From NCBI GenBank assembly GCA_963788655.1, contig CAWBHS010000072.1, positions 320,001-384,000 of the forward strand: a stretch of 64,000 nt of DNA, written 5' to 3'. Source of the stretch: an uncultured Verrucomicrobiae bacterium. GTDB lineage: Bacteria > Verrucomicrobiota > Verrucomicrobiia > Limisphaerales > JAFGQR01. This document shows positions 9,319 to 19,410 of the stretch, in pieces. The number at the start of each line of letters is the position of its first letter. Positions within the stretch are counted from its first letter, which is position 1. The notes beneath the pieces were generated by a model that did not search any database, had not been told where the DNA came from, and saw nothing but the letters and a program-made list of their open reading frames with translations. A program made the position numbers and the translations under genes.

Positions 9319-11374
9319 TCACTTGGTTTTTGACTTCTTTCCGGTCTGCTTTTCTTTCGCACTGGAGACTGATACGGGCACCGTCGTGGTCGAGCTGTTT
9401 CCGGAGGCGTCAGTGCAGCGGACGGTCAGGGTGTAAACGCGATCCGCGCTTTTGCTGCTCTCCGCGCGCAGATTGGCTGTGAGCGGGCCCGTGAGCTCCC
9501 AGTCAGGACTGGTGTTGTCGCCCTTGCCAGTAGCCGGTTCACTGCTGTTGATGGCAATGAGCTCGACTGCCAGCGTCGGATCGCAATTGTCCGATACGGC
9601 GACGTTCAAGGTGACCGCCACCATCTTCTTATTGGCAGGCCACAAAGTGGGCTGATCGACGGTTACGCTGGCGATGACCGGAGCAGTGACATCTTTCACT
9701 GAGAGCGTCATCGTGCATACGCTGCGATTGCCGGCAGCATCCGTGACGGCCAGTTCGACCGGATAATCTCCCGAGACCCACCAACGTTCCGGCGACTGGA
9801 CTTTGGCTGAACACCAATGATTCCGCCGGGGTGCAGCCATCGGTCGCAGTTGCGAGCGAAATCAAATCAGGAATGGTTGCCTGGCAAGCATCATTCGCCG
9901 GCAGTTCCGAAGTAGTGGGGCAAACGATCTGCGGGGGCGTGGTGTCCACAACGGTGACCGTTACCGTATCCTCGGACGATTCACCCGCCGGGTCGGTGAC
10001 TTTCAACGTAAAGGTGTTAATGCCATTGCCCACCACCACGGGAATCGCGACCTCGGTTCCCAGCAAGTGGCCGTCGCAATACCATTCATAAGTCAGCGCA
10101 TCGCCGTCCGGATCCTGCGACGCGGCGCCATCGAGCCTTACCGTTGTGCCCGCGCCGGCGCATTCGACCTGTTGATCGGGGCCCGCATCGGCGACGGGAG
10201 GATTGTTGGCTGGGGCCCGATTCAAGGAGAGCAGAAACCATTCAGCGGAGCGGTTGATCACGCCATAGCCCAAGATGTGGCCGCCATCACTGATGTTGTA
10301 GGCGGCGAGCAGTTCCCATCCGGAGCCGGGAGGCAAGAGCGTGTTGAGGTCCACCATGGTCCCGTTTTCCCAGAGAAAGGCGTGACCGGCACCAGTGGCA
10401 TCTGCCGATTCACCGACCACCTGGCCGGATTGATTCATGTCATAGACACTGCTGTAAGATCCACCAAGAGTTTCCAAATCCGTCAGGGCCCCGTCCGCGT
10501 AAATGAAACCGTGCCAGCCCCGGGACGCTGTAAGCGAATCTCCGCTGACCTGCCCTTTTCGATTGATCGCCACCGGGCTGGTGTAGCCTCCGCCCAAGGT
10601 CCCCAAGTCGTGCAAGTTACTGCCATCGTAGAGAAAACCGTGCGTTTCCCGATTCTCTGCCGTGTTCGCAAAACCGGTGATCCAACCGTCGTCATTGATA
10701 TCCACCGCCGAACTATAAGTGCCGCCCAGCGTGCCCAGGTCGGTCATGGAACCATCCCGCCACAGAAACGCGTGCGTCTCCTGGTTGTCGGTTGTGGTGG
10801 ATTCCCCCACCACCCAACCGCGGCCGTTCAGTCCGTAGCACGAACTGTAGGCCCCGCCCAAGGTTCCCAAATCGATCATGCTGTGGCCGTCATAGAGAAA
10901 AGCGTGCGTATCGTAGTTGTTGGCGATCACTGAATCACCGGCTACCCAACCGGCGTCGTTGATGGCCACGGCGGAACAGAACCACCCACCCAAACTGCCC
11001 AGACTTTCCATGCGACCATCGCGAAATAGGAACGCATAAGTGGCGGCGTCATTCGCCACGGCGGAATACCCGGCAACTTGTCCGCTCGCGTTGATGGCGA
11101 AGGCGGCGCTGTAGGAACCACCCAACGTGCCGAGGTCCATCGTCATCGCCTCGCTAAAAACGTAGGCGTGATCTTCGGCATTGCCCAAGGTCATGGAATC
11201 TCCGGCCACCACCCCTTGCGCGTTCACCGCGTAGGCCGTGGCATAGCTGCCGCCCAAGGAGCCCACGCGGACGATGGTCGGCGTCTGGCTCTGAGCGCGA
11301 GTTTGAACAAGAAGAACGGCGAGAACTGCGATCCAAGTTCCCACCCCATACAACTGGTTGGCTTGGTGTTTCAT
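9319..11374 (-). CDS. Secreted HAF-repeat protein with PKD/HYR-like domains (frameshift near 9770)
   Basis: Signal peptide; many DLGTLGG..S.A..IN..G.V.G....HAFL repeats; NNPPVADAGPDQ PKD module; C-terminus (DYPVELAVTDAAGN..LWPANKKMV) continues in ORF 9319..9840. Confidence 0.8.
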
Positions 11375-11705
11375 GCCTTCGCCTTCAGCATCAGTTAAGC
11401 CAAAACGTTGCTGCGGCTAATCCGGCGCAGTATCAAGACTTCGCTGTCCCTTTGGCAACAACACGTGGCTCAGAATGGGTCAACTGAAGCGCACGATGAG
11501 ACACAGCGCGCCAGGGAAGGGGAGGCGTGAATGGGTAAAGGGCTGAAGAGTTGAAGCGGCCGATGAAGGGTGTAGTTGGCAAAATTGTTTTGAGGCGTGG
11601 AGGGCAACGCACGGCAACTTTCGGGCAACTCAAAACGTTATTGTGAGCTTACTGATGAGAGCTTGGGATGGACGACGCATGGTGACATTCAATCGGCTCG
11701 TTCTG

Positions 11706-11837
11706 CCTCATCCTAACCCTCTCCCCAAGGAGAGGGAACAGATGGAGGTGCCGCTACGGAAACCAAGGGACATCGTGTTTTCAGAAGTCCGGTCATCGAT
11801 TCTCCCTCTCCCTGGGGGAGAGGGCCGGGGTGAGGGG
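11706..11837. repeat. Shorter member of the CCCTCTCCC/GGGAGAGGG hairpin-ended element family
   Basis: CCTCATCCTAACCCTCTCCCCAAGGAGAGGG...CCCTCTCCCTGGGGGAGAGGGCCGGGGTGAGGGG; interior differs from copies 1 and 2. Confidence 0.7.
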
Positions 11838-11945
11838 AAACAAAACCATCGGTTAATCCAAAGTGTATTCCATCCAGTCAACTGCACAGTACATCCCAAT
11901 AATTGACAATTGCGAGTTCTGGCAGCAACCGGGTCATCCATCTGG

Positions 11946-13204
11946 TCATTCCGGCAGCGGCTGGCCTTTGGTTTCCTTTGCGAACCAAATCAGAAGCAGG
12001 CCCAGCAGATACACCAACGTGATGACCGCACCGGCCCTTGCGTAGCTGCCTTCAAACCGGGACACAAGCTGCCCTTGGGTCAGGGCGCCCACGGCGGCAA
12101 ACATCCGGCCGGAGTTGTAACACACCCCTTGTCCCGTCGCCCGCACGCGCGTGGGAAACAATTCCGGCAAGTAAAGCGGCAGCCAGCCATAGAAAGCGGC
12201 CGTAAACGCGCCGACCAAGAATGCCATTACCACGAACTGGGTTCCATAGGCATTGACCGCGCGAAACAGGTAGCCGCACAGCACCAGTGAGCCCAGGCAT
12301 AAACCAAAATACGCCGGGCGCCGTCCAAACCGGCCGCCGAATAAGGGCCCGACAAAGGAACCAATGATGGCCCCGCCGCCAATGGCAAACAAGGTGACCG
12401 CCTTGGCGGCCGGTTGCTGGCCATGGGTCAACTGGTCCGCCCAGAGCGGCAGCCATTGCACCGAACCCCAGGTGCCGATCAGGGCAATCGAAGCAAAAGC
12501 AATGGCGAGCAACGTGGTCTTGACCAATCGCACGGCGAGAAGATTTCCTGCAACGGTCGGCTGGCGCCGCGTTGGACGGCTTGCTTCCATTTTTCCGACT
12601 CCGGGACAAAGAATTGAATCACGAGCGCCAGCACCGCCGGCGCGGCCCCGGCCACCATCACCCAACGCCAGGATTCGCGGGTCACCTGGAAACTCATTCC
12701 CACGATGGCGATCAGCACGAAACCCACGTTCGACGCCACGCCAATCACTCCGGCCAGCAGCGGGCTTTTTTCGCGGGGCCAGCTTTCCATGACCAACGCG
12801 ACCCCCAGCGACCATTCGCCCCCCATCCCGAAGGCGGCGAGGAACCGGAGCGCGCCCAAGTGCCACGGTTGCGCCGCGAAAAAACAGAGGCCAGTAAAGA
12901 CCGAATAGGTGAGGATGCTCAGCACCATCGAGCGCACCCGGCCCAAGCGGTCGCCCAGCCAGCCAAAGGCCAGACCGCCCAACGCCGCCCCGACCAGAAA
13001 CAACGCCGTGATGTGCCCCATCCATAATCCGATGAACTGGTCCGGCGCGGCGGCAGCCTCGGCCGGCATCATCGATTGCAGCGCAGGACGGGCCACCAGC
13101 GGGAAGATGCCCATCTCCAGCCCGTCAAACATCCAGCCCAGGAACGCCGCCAACAACACCAGCCAGCGACCGCGGTTCGAGACATTTGCCGTGGCAGTCG
13201 TCAT
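11946..13204 (-). CDS. MFS transporter (frameshift near 12530)
   Basis: GWMFDG, GWLGDRLGRVR, GMGGEW in ORF 12479..13204; RFGRRP and LPELFPTRVRATGQG in ORF 11946..13025. Confidence 0.85.
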
Positions 13205-13280
13205 CGGCGTCGAAGGGCGGCCATTACAGAATTCAACCGAGCGGCGATGCCCGTAATCACGCTGGGCGCGGAGACGAGGT

Positions 13281-14440
13281 TTACTGCGTTTCCAACTCCT
13301 GACGGTCAGGCAACGCGGGGAATTTCCCGTGCGGTTCCTTTTGATACCAGTAGGCCACCGACGAGATGACGTCTTCCAACTTGAGGTAGCGACCGCCGGA
13401 TTGCCAGCCGAGCGCCTGGATGGTGACCTTCAGATCCTTCTCGAAGCGGACCGGATCGGGAATGTGCCAGCGGTACAGACCGAAGCGTTGGCCCGGCTCA
13501 TACACTTTGTCCGGCGGAATGACCTGCGCCAAGCCGGTGTAGGGCGTGCGAGAAGGGCTGGTATTTTTTGGTCTCGCGGTTCTCGAAATTGTAGGAGCCG
13601 CAGAAGTAATCTTCCGTGCCCGTGCCGCATATCGTGGGAAACTCCTGGTCGCCGTCGAGGTAGAACTTGATTTCGCCTTCGCCCCACCAGCCGGGACTGT
13701 GGACTTCCCACGCCAGGTACGTGCCGACGTATTGGCCCTGGCCTTCGACGCCATCGAGAATGGTGTAGAGGCCTTTGGTTTTGAGCGGTTTTTCCTGACG
13801 GAATTGCGCGTGAAAATAGGCGGCGTTGCCCGGCACCGTGGTCAGGGTGTAATTGATCTGGTAATACAGCGTCATGTCCTTGTCATCGAGGTTTTCCATG
13901 GTGACGCGGCAACTCTTGCGGAAGGGCATTGGCCAGTAACAATTGAAGGCGCTGCCGGGATTCACGCAGACGGCCAGCGAGTTGATCTGGCAATACTTCC
14001 CCCAACCGCACGCAAAGAAGTCGCCGACCGGGCATTCGACCGACGGCTCGGTTTCCCCGTCCCAATAGAAACGCAGGATGGAATTGCGCCAGTTGCCGGT
14101 CGGCGTCATCCAGATGCTGTTGGATGCAGCCCGGCCCCTTGATTTCGGCCAGCGTGAACGTGGTCTTGGACTTGATCCGCACCGAAGGGGAAACCTTCCA
14201 GCCTTGGCCCAGTTCGCGGGCGGCATTCTTGCCAGTGCCTTCGGTGGCCATGCCGGCCTTGCCCTTTTCGCCGGTGAAGTTTTCGGGACTGATCGAGCGG
14301 GACTTGGCGGAAGACAGGCGAAACAGGTTGCCAAGTTGAGTATTCAGGCCATTGAACTGGGCGGCGTGGACGGCGGAATTTTCAAGTTGGCACCAGGCGA
14401 ACGCGCCCAGGCCGATCAGTAAGCAGCGAATGAATTTCAT
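13281..14440 (-). CDS. DUF2961 / GH172-like glycoside hydrolase with signal peptide (frameshifts near 14115 and 13545)
   Basis: SRSISPENFTGEKGK, GPGCIQ, IWMT, PSVECPVGDFF, WWGEGEIKFYLDGD..PTICGTGTEDYF, YRWHIPDPVRF, SSVAYWYQ across three frames. Confidence 0.8.
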
Positions 14441-14580
14441 GGTTTTCGTTCTCCGAGAGTTGCAAGGGTTGCCGCAGCCCGGGGACGAAATGACCAACGC
14501 GCTGGAAACAGCATGGGTCAGGGCTGCGATGTTGTGCATGCCCTGATGTAGGAAGAAGCCTGGCGGTTTGGCAACCTTTT

Positions 14581-15855
14581 TTAATTGGGCATGTCCGGCT
14601 CCGGCGCTGCCTCCGGCGGCGGTTCGGCCCGCTCGGCGAGCTTTTGTTCGAGCATTTTTTGCAGCTCGGTTTGCGTTTCGCCGATCGAGCGCAGGATGCT
14701 TTCGTCGGTGGTGTTGCGCTTGAGGTAATCCAGCAGTTCCAACCGCCCTTGAATGATCTGGGGTTCCTTGGGGGTGGCGGCGCGATGGCCACCGGAGAGG
14801 CTGAGCACCATGAAGCTCTTCAAGTTGTCCGGCATCGCTTCGCTCGCGATGGCCGACGCAAACATTTCGTTGGCTTGCGCCTGGCCACCGACATATTGCA
14901 GCGCTTGCTTGAGCACGGCGGTTTTCTCCCAAACATTGGTGAGCCGGGGATCGTTGTAGGCGTTGTAAATCAACGGTAGTGCGTCTTCCTTGAGCATCAT
15001 TGTCAGGTAGCCCAGCGTTGTGCGATCCACAGTCCCCTCCGGGGTGACCAATTTGGCCTGGGCTTCCGCCACGTACGTGGTGTCGCCGTACATCTTGAGC
15101 ACTTCATAAAGATAGGCACGGGCGTTGTCGTCGAGCCGGTTGGGCGAATCAACGGGCGGCGGATTGAGCAACAATTCCTTGGCCGCGGTAATGGCGGCAT
15201 CGCGATACTTCGAGGGGGCGATTTGCTCAAGAATGCGCGCCAGATAAGCCACTTCGACCCCACGCCCGGTGGTGGCCAGCACTTCGGCCAGGATGTTCTC
15301 CGCTTCCTGTCCGCCAATGCGTTTAAGGACATCCATCAAGCCCAGGCGCAACGAAGGGGGCACCAGGAAATCCGTGCGCGCCGGATTGAAAGTGGGAGTG
15401 GCCCGCCGCGCCCGCTCGCCCGTGGCCGTCAAGTCGCCGGAGGTGTAATAAACGTCCTGGTTTTTGACGAGGAATTCCCGAATGACTGGCAGGGCCTTTC
15501 TGTCGCAATCGGCCAGACGTTGAAACTGGGCAATGATCATCCGCAACGTCTGATTGCGCGTCTCGTCGGTTTCCTTCGGGTCCAGGCTGATCAGTTCTTC
15601 CAGGATTTCCTGCGGCGAATAGACATTGGTGCCGTAGGATTTGGTGACCGTTTCAGTGATCACCCGCGGCGGCATGGCGGCTTTGGCGCGGGCGGCCGTC
15701 AGGGCGGCCTCCAAATCGGCTTTTTCCCGCTCCCATTGGGCTTGGGCATTGGCCAGTTCCAGGCGCAGTTGCGCGTTCTTATTATGGGAAACCACGCCGT
15801 AAGCAATGGCGAGAACCATTGCCCCGGCCAGCAGATACGTCAAAACAGTCTTCAT
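14581..15855 (-). CDS. Hypothetical membrane-anchored helical protein
   Basis: Long ORF with N-terminal hydrophobic segment then a coiled-coil-like stretch; no family recognised. Confidence 0.7.
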   Translation of the reverse strand: MKTVLTYLLAGAMVLAIAYGVVSHNKNAQLRLELANAQAQWEREKADLEAALTAARAKAAMPPRVITETVTKSYGTNVYSPQEILEELISLDPKETDETRNQTLRMIIAQFQRLADCDRKALPVIREFLVKNQDVYYTSGDLTATGERARRATPTFNPARTDFLVPPSLRLGLMDVLKRIGGQEAENILAEVLATTGRGVEVAYLARILEQIAPSKYRDAAITAAKELLLNPPPVDSPNRLDDNARAYLYEVLKMYGDTTYVAEAQAKLVTPEGTVDRTTLGYLTMMLKEDALPLIYNAYNDPRLTNVWEKTAVLKQALQYVGGQAQANEMFASAIASEAMPDNLKSFMVLSLSGGHRAATPKEPQIIQGRLELLDYLKRNTTDESILRSIGETQTELQKMLEQKLAERAEPPPEAAPEPDMPN

Positions 15856-16217
15856 TGCTAATGGCTGAGTCACACGTTTAAACACCGCGGCTGCGCGCCA
15901 GATTCAAAAATTCTTCCGACCCAACAAATTCCATGTCATTGGCATAGCAAGCCTTGGGCCTAAACAATGGGGCAGTTTATCATCAGCCGGGAGCGGGGAG
16001 CAAATTCTATTGCTCGGCAAGAGCATCCATCGTTGGCGCTGACGGTTCTCGTTATCGACAACCAGGCCTCAACAGAAGTCAGGAGACAGCTTCTCGGTCG
16101 GTTAGAAACGGCGACGTGCGAACGTGCTTGCCCCGAGCGAGACAAGCCGACAAACACGGTGAGGGGAAATTCAGGGATGGTATGTTTCGACTGAAAATCG
16201 CGAATCTGCCCTTTGGC

Positions 16218-16673
16218 TTAACCAGCGGAGTTCGCGAGGCTGGCCGGCTCAACAACCGTGATGCTGTGAAAACCCGCAAAATCCGTCGGATTGAATGTCA
16301 GTAAACAATCGATCGCGTTGGCTTTCATGACCGCCACCAGCCGCGCATCATGAACGCGTTTGCCGACGACGGGTATGTTTTCAACCAAGCGCAACCACTC
16401 GATGAGAATTTGCGGGCTTTCTTCAACCACCGGAAACTTATCACGAAGAACCTTTATCTCCCGGCGGGTGCATTCGAGATCCCACCCTAATCCGTTGGCG
16501 CCTACTGGCCGAGTCGCCACGGCCCAGAACTCGACCAGATTCTGGGCGGTAATGAAGACTTCGTGATTCGCGCGGAAAAGCGTCGCCAGCGCGTGCGCCG
16601 CGATGGGGTTCTGCGGAGAATGTGTGTCCATCAGCCGCAGCAGCAGGTTCGTGTCGGCCAAATAGCGTGCCAT
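16218..16673 (-). CDS. vapC: PIN-domain (VapC-like) toxin
   Basis: YLADTNLL, QNLVEFW, RVHDARLVA, LLTFNPTDF; ATG overlaps the upstream TGA. Confidence 0.85.
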   Translation of the reverse strand: MARYLADTNLLLRLMDTHSPQNPIAAHALATLFRANHEVFITAQNLVEFWAVATRPVGANGLGWDLECTRREIKVLRDKFPVVEESPQILIEWLRLVENIPVVGKRVHDARLVAVMKANAIDCLLTFNPTDFAGFHSITVVEPASLANSAG

Positions 16674-16936
16674 CACTCGTAAATTGCGTCTCGGCCAACC
16701 GCCTGATTCGACAAACCCGGACCGTCCGTGTGGCTGGCTGCCCATTGGAGAATGTCCTTAGCACGCTCCTCGGGCGTGGCGGTCATCCAGAACGGCGTCT
16801 CGCCTTGGGCTGGCGCGAGAATCACCTGCTGGCCTTGGCGTGAGGCCACGTAACGAGTGTGCGGCTCGGGGCAAGGCAGAATCGCTTGGGGAAGTCGCAA
16901 CGTACCGGACTCATCCACTTCAACAATCGTGCTCAT
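16673..16936 (-). CDS. Putative antitoxin (AbrB-like N-terminus)
   Basis: 87 aa, VEVDESGTLRLP start, ends RDAIYE; translationally coupled to the PIN gene. Confidence 0.7.
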   Translation of the reverse strand: MSTIVEVDESGTLRLPQAILPCPEPHTRYVASRQGQQVILAPAQGETPFWMTATPEERAKDILQWAASHTDGPGLSNQAVGRDAIYE

Positions 16937-17127
16937 ACACGAAGAACTCTAAACTAAAGGGTTGAGCTAGAAAAGGACCGAAATTCAGCCGTTATTTGCG
17001 TTTCAAACGCTTGATTCTGTCAAACGGTGTCAATGATGAACCATGGTTCACTTCCCTATATGCTGACCATGATTTAATGGCGGCATCACCCCACGTGACG
17101 ACGTTTGTGCGGTGGAATCCGGTTACC

Positions 17128-18570
17128 CTAACCTTTGACTTCATGCGCTTCAAATTCGCGAACCATTTCCGGGAAATGGCAGTTGGCGCAGACGGCGTTC
17201 GAGTTGTCGCAGAAATCACGCACAATTTGTAGCAAGCCCTGCTGGCAAGCCGCGCCCTGGAAGTGGCGCCGACGCACGCTGCCGAACAGTCGTTGTCGGG
17301 CCAGGCGCAACACCGCGTTGTCCTCGGCCGCCGGCCAGGCCAGGTAACGCGCCTCGAGGGTTTGGGCACCGTCTCGTTTCGGCCTTCATTGGCGCGGCTC
17401 CACAACCAGGGCAGGACGACGTTCAAGGCCAGGTCGGTGGCGCGCGTGGCGCCGAGCATGGGTTGCGCCTTGGGCAGGCAGGGCGAACGCAGCGTCCAGT
17501 GATGGGACCAAAACGCGTCCGAACCCACTTGAAACTCCGCCAGCAACGAGGGTACCAGTTCCGAATCCTTCCGGTCGGTCAAACCCCATTTCTCCAATCG
17601 GTCGGGAAGCGTGTTGGCGCTCCACCAGTGGGCGGCCAGGGCCAGACGGCGCTGCGGGTGATTGGCCGGACGCAAGCCACTGAAACGCCACGCCGATTTG
17701 GGCAGGATCAGGTGGGAAAAGCCGGCGCGCTCCCGCCACCAGACATCCCAGAGTTGGCGGACGTAGGTGGAAGCGCGTTGGCTGCCGGTCAGTTCCGCGG
17801 GGAGCAGGCCGCCAACTCCCAGCAATCGGGCCTGCAAGCGTGTCGGATCGAGGGCGGTTTTCGGTGGACACAAGTTGATCGCGCAGTTCGGCCAGACGTT
17901 GCATCGGCCAGGAATTGTTTTTATAGCCCAACGCGTGGAACAGCCCTTCCCACAGGGCCTGGTCCCAGCCTGCCTGCCGGGCTCGCGCCGCAAATCGGGC
18001 AGCTTTACTTTGCAGCCGGACCAGCGCGGCTTGGTGCAGCAATTCGGTCACCCGATCTTCAGTGAGTTCCCGTAGCGGAGCGGCGCATTGGCCAACCAGC
18101 GCGGACGGAAACGGCTGACTGGCTTCGCTGGTCAGCCAGTAGGACAGTTCCCCAATGGTTGTGTCGAGGCACGTTTTGAGCGAGAGCGTTGGGAGGGGGC
18201 CGGAATCCTTGCCTTCCCAGACCACGTGCAAGGCAACTTTTCCAAAGGCTGGATTCTTGTCGTGGTGATGCGCCGTCCAGCCGCTTGAGTGAAGATCGAC
18301 CTCCACGTCGCCGGAGCAGGGCGGTTCGTTTTCAAACTGGAGCACGGCGGCGCGGAAATCGGGTCCGGCCTCGCGATTCAGAAAACCGGGATGCAGCACC
18401 TGGAGTTGGCGACCGTCCAAGGTCGTGAGTTGATCGCGACAAAGGCGCTGGTGAAACCAAACGGCCTGGAGCAGGCGTTCCGGCGGCGTTTCCTGGTCTT
18501 CCCGAAACAAGGGAACCACGCCGCAGCGCAACCGCCAGGCGGCATAAAAATTGGACTCCAACCCAGACAT
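17128..18570 (-). CDS. DUF2851 family protein (frameshifts near 17860 and 17360)
   Basis: ERLLQAVW, HPGFLNREAGPDF, GDVEVD...W..HHHD.NPAF..V.LHVVW, LGYKNN, WRFSGLRPANHPQRRL, QQGLLQI...FC......C..C across three frames. Confidence 0.8.
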
Positions 18571-18607
18571 GCCATTGCTTTTCGCGGTTGTTTCCCCCAA
18601 AGTCAAG
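18571..18607. repeat. 37-bp direct repeat, left copy
   Basis: GCCATTGCTTTTCGCGGTTGTTTCCCCCAAAGTCAAG, identical to 24481-24517; abuts the DUF2851 start codon. Confidence 0.95.
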
Positions 18608-18704
18608 CATTTGCACCCCAGACAAGTTGGGGCTCCGTATGCCTATTGGTAAAACCAGATACCAACTCCCGGCAGACTTTTGGCGAAACTGGAGGGTGAC
18701 GTTT

Positions 18705-19400
18705 TTATTGCAACATTCGATTCCGACATAACCAACCAATTCCTGCGGCCAAGGCGAACAAGGCGCACGTCGAAGGCTCCGGCACGGACGAAAATTGGAT
18801 GTCATCCAGCAACAAGAATGTGTTCCGCGGAAATTGCGGATCCAACGTCTGATCGATTGCGCGGATACTTAGCTCGACCGATTGTCCCGCGTAAGCGGAC
18901 ACGTCACCAAGGTAGAGTGTACCATCAGAGCCGCTCAGTGACGATGCTAGGTCAATTTCTGATTCGTTAAGGAAAACTCCGAATGGTCCGGCAGCGGACG
19001 CGCGCAGCGATATCCATCGGGCATCCTCCGGTATTTCGCCGACTTGGCTTATCGACGCATCGACAATCTGGTCACCATCAAGGAATCCAGACTGCAAAAC
19101 GATTGAGTACCGGCCTCCAAGCACGAACCCCGGCCATTGGTCCACTTGGTAAATGGCCACGTGTGCCGAATTGGCCAGTGGAAGAAGGTTGTTCAGCACC
19201 TCGGTCGTTTCCACTGTGCCCAGATATGCGGACCACCCTGGGAGGCCGACGCCAATAGGCACCCATGGATTGTCAATCGAGGGCGGCGGCAAGGGCTCAA
19301 CCACAGCCTCGAAGTTCAAATTCTCAAAGGGCGATCCAATTATGCTCTTGCAGGATAGTGCCACAACACCAATCAAGATTCCGACGTTTTTGTAGTTCAT
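18705..19400 (-). CDS. PEP-CTERM sorting domain protein
   Basis: Signal peptide, FENLNFE start, C-terminal VPEPST plus hydrophobic helix and basic residues. Confidence 0.88.
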   Translation of the reverse strand: MNYKNVGILIGVVALSCKSIIGSPFENLNFEAVVEPLPPPSIDNPWVPIGVGLPGWSAYLGTVETTEVLNNLLPLANSAHVAIYQVDQWPGFVLGGRYSIVLQSGFLDGDQIVDASISQVGEIPEDARWISLRASAAGPFGVFLNESEIDLASSLSGSDGTLYLGDVSAYAGQSVELSIRAIDQTLDPQFPRNTFLLLDDIQFSSVPEPSTCALFALAAGIGWLCRNRMLQ

Positions 19401-19410
19401 AAAACCATGA

